From Phoronis australis (lineage: Eukaryota > Animalia > Phoronida): DNA of 64,000 bases. Both the position numbers and the translations under genes were made by a program. The notes under the pieces were generated by a model. That model was not told where the DNA came from, did no database searches, and worked only from the letters and a program-made list of their open reading frames with translations. Shown here piece by piece: positions 1 to 9,268 of the stretch. Location: positions 1 to 64,000 of the forward strand of contig NMRA01000248.1 of NCBI GenBank assembly GCA_002633005.1, read 5' to 3'. The stretch's first letter is position 1; the number at the start of each line of letters is the position of its first letter.

Positions 1-2663
1 GGTACGTCTCGTAAAGCAAGTTTCTTTCGGGAAAAGCGATATCACGCAAGACCACGCTAAATCAACAGAGCCAAATTGAAATGTTTCGCGACTAACCTCG
101 AGAGTGAGACCTTACTCGAGTTAACTAGTAAAATGGCCGATACTAAAGTGATTGGTGGACAGGCATGGAATTTAGAAACAATCGATCTTTTTATCACGGT
201 ATGCGGTTGCCTGTACAAAATTGTTCAACGTTTTGGGGAAGGTCTAGACATGAAAATTTATTAAAAAATATAAAAAGATAATTAATTACGCGCGTCAAGT
301 TAAGATATTAGCACGCTAGAGATGGGTTGTCTAGTTGAAGGAAATGGTAACTCTTTTAAAGAATCTCTTCCGATAAAATATCATTATTAGGCAACGCTCA
401 ATTTTATAACCTACATATTTCCCACCTTCAGTTATCGCCAACATTCGATTCAGAATAATTGCACTGGGTTCTCTGTTTCAGCTATAGTTGATTATTTATT
501 TACTTGGAAATTAGCGATTGCTAAGGTGTTAATACCTCTCCACAATGGTACTCTCTCACTATTTGACAGACAGATTTCCAAGATGAATTTACTTTGTGAT
601 TTGGTTTAATAACTAAGACCAAATAAAACAAAAAGACGACTTGCGTGATCATTCCTGTTACAGAGTGGTCAATACTCAGCTCAGAGCTGAAAAGCCATCG
701 AAAAGTTTTTCTAACTTTGTGGAATGAGTATAAACCAGAAGAATGAAAGAGAAATACTTGTTGAGTGGGCTAGCACTAATCAAATCAAATTTCCTTGGGA
801 TAATTAGGAAACCATGAAGGTCTTACCCGGTCACATTCCATCTTTTTTACCTTTCTCTAACAAGGAAGAATCAAATCGTCTGCCATCTTGCACTCTCCAT
901 TTTGACCTAATTACGTAGTGACCCTAATGCCAGATTGCCTTTTTGGTGCAGCAAACTTTGGACCCTCAAATGCGGCATACATCCGGAGGCATTTCGAACT
1001 CCTCGGGTATTTTCGCAGCCTCAAAGTATCCCCGGAGGTGTTTCACATGCGCATACTTGTGCTAATTTCAATCATACCAGTAAAATTGAAGGCCACGGTA
1101 AATTTTATTGCGAATAACACAAACTTATTTGACTTCGCCAAACTCTTGACCCCCCTCGTAGACCCAAATTTTAGATTCATCCATATCGTCAATATAGCAC
1201 ACGCCCCCATAGGTGGGCTGATTTTGCTGTTTGGGACGAGGCCCTGAAAAGGACCTCCAGAATCTTTGCTACCCTGGTTTTGAAAAATCAACTTAAAGAA
1301 TCACTTTTTATACCTGAACACGTTAAACGACTAACGCGTTTAGGATAGGATTTTGGCTATTAGAGTTGTCCTTTCACGAAATACACCTTTTAATACGTCA
1401 AAAAGACGCTCTAACTTTTGGGGGGAGGGGTTGTGTAAGCGAAATCCGGTGAAGTATGGAGAGAAATAATGTCTCTTGGAATTGATTGGTAGAACACTGT
1501 CTGAAAGTGAGACTAACGCCAAGACTCACTTTATTGGAAGGGTTGTTTCAAAATCCCTTGTTGAAATACGGGTAAATACCGTTTTGATGGCTTCTCCCCT
1601 TCCTTGGTAGAGAAAGTGGTATAAAACTGGCGGAATGGCACCAGATTACGTCAAAATTCAACCCGACAATTTATTTTAAAGCTGCACTCCGAGAGATCGG
1701 AAATTTTACAGAGAGCATGAGTAAGTGTACATCAAGCTGTCCAACAGAAAGCACTGTTGTGTTTTCAAAAAAGCATAGTATCGGAAACTTTCAAATGATT
1801 TGCCATTTCTGAGATATCATGTTCCAAAGCAAGCCCGATTTGGACATTTTCTTGGGTCCTACATAACATCGACAGACTCACCCTCTCAGCGGAGGTTAAT
1901 ACAAGTGTTTTTAATACAGTCTGACAGTTGGTTTGTTTGATTCACTTGTCTTGATAATTCTATCCTTCACATGAACACGTTCTGTGGTTTTCTCGAAAAA
2001 TATTGTCTAATTCTTCTCTTCGTGAATAACTGACAGTGCCGAATTTATAGTAGCTCCTCCAAGAGAGGACCCCATCTGAAAGAAGGCCCTTAATATAAAA
2101 GGCTATATCAATAATAAAGTTGAAAAGAGTGAAAATCAATTCCAGTGGTAACACTCCACCAAGTGGCTTTTCTTAACGTAAACGATTATACGATTTCATA
2201 AATAAAAGATAAGAGAGGCATTTGATTCCTTCGGAATTCCCCTTAAGAAGAAAACATTACACAAACAGGTAAAGAGTGACTGCGAATGCCATCAACATGC
2301 CTTCCCCAACGGCTGGGACCCTTAAGTATGAAAGGATATGTAATTTCATTAAAACATGCGAAACAAGCAACAACTGATGCCAGCGCTATCGCCCCTTTCC
2401 GTTCACAATTACAACGAGAGATATAGAATTTCAAAAAGGAAAAAAACTGAAAAAGAAATCGACTGCCTATAGGTAATCCCATTTTCCGTTTCTGGAGAAA
2501 ATCCCTGGAAAAATGGTTTTAAGAATTCACTTTGTAAATCAGTACACACGAATTCCCTCGGACTTATTCGAAGTTTGCTGACTGAGAGCACTTTTTCAAG
2601 TGCGTTTAGATGATGTGGACAAAACACTGGGACCCTCCTCAACAAAAATGTACAGCCAAAGGC

Positions 2664-3299
2664 CTCTTATGGGTAACTACAACACAGGTAGTTGACAAAT
2701 ATTGTTTTAAATTGTTTCTCTTCTACTGTTTTCTCGCATACCCCCAACCCTGCACGTATGCCGATCACCAAGGGTTCACCGACGCCTGCAAATTAGGGGG
2801 GTACCCCTGCTGCCTACGGCCCTAAATCGAAGTACAAGATGAGAAGTTAAATTCTACCTCTGCTGTCTCAAAACTGGTATTTCACCATTTAATCGTTTTT
2901 TACGCTTGTGTTCGGTAATTTTTATCGGTGTAGCGGAAAGAAAGTGACACACCACGCCCACGTCTAGGATGGTTAATTTGNCTCTTATGGGTAACTACAA
3001 CACAGGTAGTTGACAAATATTGTTTTAAATTGTTTCTCTTCTACTGTTTTCTCGCATACCCCCAACCCTGCACGTATGCCGATCACCAAGGGTTCACCGA
3101 CGCCTGCAAATTATAGGGGTACCCCTGCTGCCTACGGCCCTAAATCGAAGTACAAGATGAGAAGTTAAATTCTACCTCTGCTGTCTTAAAACTGGTATTT
3201 CACCATTTAATCGTTTTTTTACGCTTGTGTTCGGTAATTTTTATCGGTGTAGCGGAAAGAAAGTGACACACCACGCCCACGTCTAGGATGGTTAATTTG
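2664..3299. repeat. Near-identical ~317-bp tandem duplication across a single N (probable assembly overlap or haplotype artefact)
   Basis: 2664-2980 matches 2982-3299 with only a few differences; N at 2981. Confidence 0.9.
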
Positions 3300-4599
3300 T
3301 CATTTCAACTGATGACGTAGTTCGGTTGACCAATGAGATGAACGATTTCCGTCCAGGGGGACAATTATCGCCTATCAGTTCTGAGTCGGCATCCGCCTAA
3401 TATCCGTATGTACTGCGGTTGTATTTCGTATATGTACATAAGTGGCTTTCAATACATCTCGATTTTAGGGTGATTAGGATGAAGATTGAAATGGCGCAAT
3501 CACTGAGATGGAAACAAATAGGCTACAACATTGTTGATTTTCCGTATGCTCTTTGTTATCCCCTGACGAACTGACGGTACATGAAGATCAATCAATACTG
3601 AACATTTGTGCGCTTTTTCATCGTTGGTCTTATTTCGCCAGTTTAACTGCTATTGGAACACAATACCTAAATTCAGGGAAAGTATTTACCCAATTAAATA
3701 TCACACTGCCTATTACAAAAAATCCTCCCTAGTCGAAACACATTGCAAAAATCTCCTGGGTTACCACTAGTTTTCGCTTCCTCCCCGGGAAGCCAACAAT
3801 TTCGTGAATAGACCCCTACTTCTGTCTACACAAGTGATACCTTTTCCCAAGTAAAATTCAGTGTCAAGTAAGCTCTTAATATTATATACGCTATTATTGT
3901 CAAGTAATATTAAATATTATTCAATCATAACAGTCTAGACGTATTTAAGAAACGATTAAAATCATGGACTCAGACCAACAGGTCTTAAAAAACGTAACCG
4001 ATGTCATTTTCAATCCTTAGATGCGCACCATTACAGAGGACAAGAGCGCACTGAAAATTCCGTCCTCTGAAAGTGTTTGGGATGTGAGGACTGGGTGGGA
4101 CGGGACGGGACTCAACCCTAGCTCTCAAATGCTCAGTTAATAAAGCCTTCCGTTATCAAAAACGATTTCTAGGTATTTCGTTGAGACCACTGCCCGAATC
4201 TAATCTTAGCACTCGAAATTGGCGAACTAGAAATTAATTTTAAGATACTCCGTTTTACTTTTGCCTGTTATGGTTTATGGTAATGCGCGGTTTGTTCAAG
4301 TTCGCAGCACATCGTGCTCTACGTACCGAATTGACAATTTCTTGACGGATGATTTTACGTTCATGACATTGCAAATTGAAAATGTTGGAATCTATCTATT
4401 AAAACGCTTATTTCGGACCCGGATGTTAACATTCGACTCCGTAGGACAAAAACAACTCGAGAGCGGCCTCGAGAACACCCGCCCTCGCCCGACGCCTCCT
4501 TCCCATTCGTTCCCGCAACGGAAAAGCGCTGGGTTCTGCGTCCGCAAAATCTCGGCGTGATTTTTTTTCGTTGTCTTACAAAGTCTTGGCTTCAGTCGA

Positions 4600-6622
4600 T
4601 CCGACGAACTCGCTTCTTTTTCGAAGCCAATTTACTATTCGGGAGTATTCGTCCGCAGCCTGCGTTTACTGTTTAAATTCCATAGGGGAAACAAAGTCTG
4701 AAGAGTGTAACAGTTTAGCAGTACGAATTTGGGAGTTTTCTATTGCTCACAACGTTTGGCGTAGTGCTTGTCACTGTCAGCGTAGTAACCTAGCTGATTA
4801 TGAGTCTAGGAATTATTTTTGTGATAACACTGAATGGATGTTGCATCGATCTGTTTTGATCAGATGACAAAAGAGTTGTTTCTCACTGAGATTGATTTGT
4901 TTGCTTCTGGGTTGAGAGGTTTGTGTCTTGGCGACCTGAACCTGGGGCAGAATTCATTGACGCTTTTTCAATGTGTTGGCATGGTCTCAATTTTTATGCT
5001 TTTCCGCCTTTCAATCTGATCTCCCGTTGTATACAGAAGGTTACAGTGGACCGTGCACAAGGTATTATGATAGTGCCTTATTAGACAACTCAAGTGTGGT
5101 ACCCCAGACTCATGAAAATGTTGGGTGCCAAACCTCTTGTGCTTCCGCAAGGAGTGCTGCGGATGCCAGTGACGGGTGCGAAACATCCATTGAGACAGAA
5201 GCTGGTGTTACTGGCAGTTCATTTATCAGGCGATCCGCAGAGGGTCCGGACCTTTCTAGCCGCACAAAAGAAGTTTTCTTGGCATCGTGGAGATGCAGCA
5301 CCAAGAAACAGTATGCCATGCATCTTGACAAATAGATACTGCACTGTCTTCAAAGACAAGCTGATCCCATTAATGTTGTTCTTCTTTATCTGCTGGATTG
5401 GATTTTTTGGCCGAATTAGTTAAAGATGGATTAAGTTACAGTTCGGCAAACTCTGCTTGTTGTGCTTTTATCTAATTTTGTTATATTTGAGCAGACTGAG
5501 TCTTTTAGCAGCCATCCACTGGTTGTGAAGTTTATGCGAGGGGTGTTTCAACTGAGACCTCCTGGAACCAAGTACACTCGTATATGAGATGTTAACCCGG
5601 TGTTGAATTATTTGAGAACTTTGTCTCCTGTGGCATCATTGACTTTAAAAGATTTAACATTGAAGCTTGTGGTGGTGATTGCTTTGTTGTCTGCACAGAG
5701 ATGTCAGACTATTCATTTATTGGATATTGCTGATGGTGAAAGATAAGTCAGGTTATAAGTTTGTTATTCGTTCACATGTGAAACAGAATAGAACAGGAAT
5801 ATCTCCTGTTGTTGTAAATTTGAAAGCTTATCCTCCAGATAGAAGACTCGGTGTTTATACTGTGCTTAAGGAATACTTGAATCGCACTTCTCGGATTCGA
5901 GGGTTGCGGTCACGGTTGTTCATTATTTATGTGAGGCCTTATCATGCAGTGACTGTAGACGCAATGAGGCGTTAATTGGATTAAGGTTGTCGTGTGGAGG
6001 GCAGGTATTGATACTTCCCAGTTTGCCGCTCATAGTTCTAGAGCAGCCAGTGTGTCATCTGTCAATCAACGTTCAGTGCCAATTTCTACAATTGTGGCCA
6101 CAGCTGGATGGTCATGTGCATCTACCTTTGCTCGGTTATGTGATAAACCAATTGGTGTTTCTGATGATTTTGCCTCTACGTTGTTGAATGATGTGGCTAT
6201 GAATAAATGATTATTGATTTGGAACATTGTTGTTTCTGAATATGCACATCAGTTGCTTTAAAGTCTCATGGAACCGTATTATGCGTATTCCTACGCAGGA
6301 TTTTGAAATTAAACGAAACTTCACTAAATTGAAGTTTGATTGTAATTCTGCGTAGGAATATTAGCATAATAGAGGTTACATGCCCGCCTCATAGGTTTCC
6401 TTCCCATGTTGGTGAGATGTTTGTTTGAGTTGGGGTATTATTTTGGGTGCGGCGTAGAGCTGTTCGCACAGGTAATTTTGGTCTGATGATGTATACTCAA
6501 CTTTGAAGAATGGTTCGGTTATGCGTAGTGCGCTCTCGCATGTAACCTCTATTATGCTAATATTCCTACGCAGAATTACAATCAAACTTCAACTTAGTAA
6601 AGTTTCATTTAACTTCAAAATT
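4600..6622 (+). mobile_element. 5'-truncated, degenerate DIRS1-like tyrosine-recombinase retrotransposon
   Basis: RNase H tail (IWEFSIAHNVW...NLADYESR), methyltransferase-like motifs (EWML, IDLFAS, YAFPPF at ~4995-5012) and tyrosine recombinase (HVKQNR, AHSSRAAS...AGWS...TF) ending at ~6210, followed by the terminal inverted-repeat structure. Frameshifted; left limit approximate. Confidence 0.9.
6300..6621. repeat. DIRS 3' terminal inverted repeat pair (ICR/ITR region)
   Basis: 6300-6383 is the reverse complement of 6538-6621 (84 bp, 4 mismatches by eye). 6278-6298 is a further partial direct copy of 6551-6573. Confidence 0.9.
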
Positions 6623-6817
6623 AAGGACCAAGTTGAGATCAGTTTTATAGCGGCATGTTGTCTCAATCGGAACGCGGGCTCATACAGTTCATTTTTGACA
6701 TTTCGAGACGGTCGCAGATCATTCTCAAGAATCCTGTAGTCTATGTTTGTGGGGACTTAGGACGGGATACAGCATTTTATGAAGTCAAGTTACAATGTCG
6801 CTGTCCTGGGTAGAGGC

Positions 6818-6950
6818 CAGTAACACCAGGACCTACGCTAGGACCTCGCTAAAAAGCAAGACTTCGCGAGATTACGCGAGATATTTTCGTGTATTTTAAA
6901 GAACTCGTGATTTTGGTTAGATTTTTCTAGTCGCGAGACAGCTACTGAAC
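6818..6950. mobile_element. Copy of the 35075-35213 MITE family
   Basis: Shares ACGCTAGGACCTCGCTAAAAAGCAAGA-TTCGCGAGATTACG and the end CTACTGAAC. Confidence 0.7.
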
Positions 6951-7190
6951 TCTACATACCCTGGTCTGCTACCTCCTGTCGCCTCTTAGTGTTCTTGTTA
7001 ATACATGCTCATTTGATTATAAGTTACGCATTTGCGTCACTCGACGTCTTGCACCAAACGAGTGACAAGTCGTGAAATTCACGGACGTTCATAGTTTGCG
7101 ATGTAAGGGAAATGACAGATTCTTAACATCAAAATAACGAAGAATTACTTTGACAGGGTTATATTTGGCTTTACCACATAATTATATAGT

Positions 7191-7426
7191 GGGGTCCGTT
7201 TCAAGAAAAGTGGCTTAATCTTGTGCTCTTACTTCACAACCACTGAATAAAGATTTAGCTGTGTAATTATCATCACATCAAAGCCTAGAAATTATTAACT
7301 AGTTACGTGGATATTCTTAGAGACTTTGTATTTGTGCTAAAATGAGATTTAATTATTTTTCAGAAGTGATTGTGTAAGATCAATACTTAACACCAATTTT
7401 TAGTCATTTTTTAAGAAACAGACCCC
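7191..7426. mobile_element. MITE with imperfect TIRs (Harbinger-like termini)
   Basis: GGGGTCCGTTTC... at left and ...GAAACAGACCCC at right; no clear TSD. Confidence 0.6.
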
Positions 7427-8747
7427 TCGTCTGCCATTACGGGAGTATATTAATATAAAAAATGTCGGATGACAATCCCGGCCCTCTTGCCCCCTGGTGT
7501 TCTGTTATAGCACTAATGATAGTGATTTGAGTCATTAACTGTGACATAACGTGCAGGAAATCATTATACTGTCACCACTCGCCAGATTTGTAACGGAAAT
7601 ACTAAAATGCTGTAATAAGGATGGTAACTATACAGGAAGTCTGAAACACCAAGTCCAAAGATCGTTCCTGCACATCTTCCCAATCTGTCTCTCAAGAAAC
7701 TTTCTTTCTCTCGTGGAACCTCTAGGAGTTGGAAAAGCAATCGGCACAGTCGGTTTAGTTTCCACGAAGAATCAGAGTGAGGATTGTCATCTTGAGGCAC
7801 ATCCTAAATATTCTGTGCAATTGGTTACAGCTCATTAAACTATGGATCTGGTTTTTCGAATTGCCCATCTAAAGCAATTCCTTCTCACCATCAGACGCAG
7901 AGATCATATTCCCACTGCGTTTCGTGATGACCACTGGGTTTTCTGGAATTGAACGTTTCCTTTCACAAGATTTACGAATTTTTCACTAAAACCTCGCGAC
8001 CAACATAAAAATCACTTGGTTGTATTATTTCGTTTTTGATTTTCGTCTTCGTAATAGTTATTGTAGAGTTACTTTTGCTTCATGTTGGAGTGTGAGCGTG
8101 AAAGAGAGCGTGAAAGTCCTTCCCCTTTCCCCTGTCATTCACCCCCTTTCATAATGATAATATGTTTATATTACGCCCAATTTTTACTACTTTCTTTTTT
8201 CTTTTGTTGTAATAATTTTCATATTACTATCATTGAAGGGCTGTGCAGTTGGGGTTAGTCACCCCCAGCCAAATCCAAATTACCATTTCTGGGTGAATAT
8301 ACGTATTGGCAGAAAAAACTTGGTTGTACATAGTTGGGTTTGCCTGTGTGTCTTTTCATCGTTATATTCTGGTTTGGAGGGTTCAATTTAGGAAGAATGT
8401 GAGTGGTGCTAAGCCGGTCGTTGCGTGTGGTGTGCTGCGACAGGTTCTGAGGAAGGCTTGAAAAAGGCGTTCCTTTACCCTTTGCAACCTTGATGTGCTT
8501 CTTCAGAGTCCGTACACTTTTTCCACTTCCCCATTCGCCCTCAGCGACACCGCAGTCACCTTTCAATGATTGAAATAAATCACATTTTCAAATCTAGCAA
8601 ATTACTCACTGTTGAATCACAGGCCTCTGTCAATCTTTAGGGCTTCAGGAGTACCAAAGGTCGCAAAGATTTGGGCAAGTTTAGGTTTGACTTTTGAAGC
8701 AAGTGGCAATCCAAGTGGTTCAACAATAGGATAGCGTGAACAGCAGT

Positions 8748-8913
8748 TGTAGAAAATTTCCGTGTCTCTGGTGGGACTTCAACCCAGGTTGCACGAGCGA
8801 CGGTCAAGCGCCTAAACCAGTCGGCCAAGAGGCAATTGCCACTTGGCAAGCGACTAAGAGAGGCTTTATCTGGCTGTACGTGTCGTCACAACCGGAAGTC
8901 ACGATTCACAACA
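8748..8913 (-). repeat. 3' LTR of the TRIM
   Basis: Copy of 9103-9268, immediately preceded on the minus strand by the polypurine tract. Confidence 0.92.
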
Positions 8914-8927
8914 CTACTCTCCCTTCC
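8914..8927 (-). other. Polypurine tract
   Basis: Minus strand GGAAGGGAGAGTAG directly abuts the 3' LTR. Confidence 0.85.
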
Positions 8928-9090
8928 GCGGAACAGGCGCGCTCCCTGGCTTTTAAATCTCAGCAACACCCTAGCGTCCTGGAACTTGCCATCAGCGACG
9001 CTCTCTTTGTGCTCAGAATCCAGCATTATCAGGTCGTTCCCTCTCCATCCGCCGCTTTACATCTCAGGGTTAATTGTGGATTTTTCCATA

Positions 9091-9101
9091 GTTGGGCGCC
9101 A
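9091..9101 (-). other. Primer-binding site, tRNA-Lys(CUU)-type
   Basis: Minus strand TGGCGCCCAAC, complementary to the 3' end (...GUUGGGCGCCA) of eukaryotic tRNA-Lys(CUU), 1 nt from the LTR end. Confidence 0.85.
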
Positions 9102-9102
9102 A

Positions 9103-9268
9103 TGTAGAAAATTTCTGTGTCTCTGGTGGGACTTGAACCCAGGTTGCACGAGCGACGGCCAAGCGTCTAAACCAGTCGGCCAAGAGGCAATTGTCACTTG
9201 GCAAGCGACTTAGAGAGGCTATATCTGACTGTACGTGTCGTCACAACCGGAAGTCACGATCCACAACA
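9103..9268 (-). repeat. 5' LTR of the TRIM
   Basis: Minus strand reads TGTTGTGGATCG...AGAAATTTTCTACA and is followed after 1 nt by the PBS. Confidence 0.92.
9129..9182 (-). promoter_or_regulatory. tRNA-type (type 2) internal Pol III promoter in the 5' LTR; second copy at 8774-8827
   Basis: A box TGGCCGACTGG (9182-9172) and B box GGTTCAAGTCC (9139-9129), the latter within a T-arm-like hairpin TGGG-TTCAAGT-CCCA. The 3' LTR B box reads GGTTGAAGTCC. Confidence 0.82.

Larger units (their letters stand above)
8748..9268 (-). mobile_element. Non-autonomous LTR retrotransposon (TRIM) with tRNA-derived Pol III promoter in both LTRs (Helenus/TRIMp3-like architecture)
   Basis: Direct repeats 8748-8913 and 9103-9268 (166 bp each, 9 substitutions by manual count, termini TGT...ACA). 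The 189-bp internal region is non-coding. CAGT flanks both ends (8744-8747, 9269-9272). PBS and PPT lie on the minus strand, and A/B boxes are in each LTR. Confidence 0.93.

Noticed and set aside
2664-3299. Biological tandem duplication or LTR pair
   Set aside because: The copies abut a single N and are near-identical, typical of an unmerged contig overlap.
9115-9190. Bona fide tRNA gene
   Set aside because: It has A/B boxes and a T arm but no well-formed anticodon arm or full acceptor stem, and it is duplicated as part of LTRs. It is a tRNA-derived promoter rather than a tRNA.
8736-9213. 123-aa and 125-aa ORFs overlapping the TRIM
   Set aside because: Antisense to the element with non-ATG starts and no recognisable motif; the repeated peptide simply reflects the LTR duplication.
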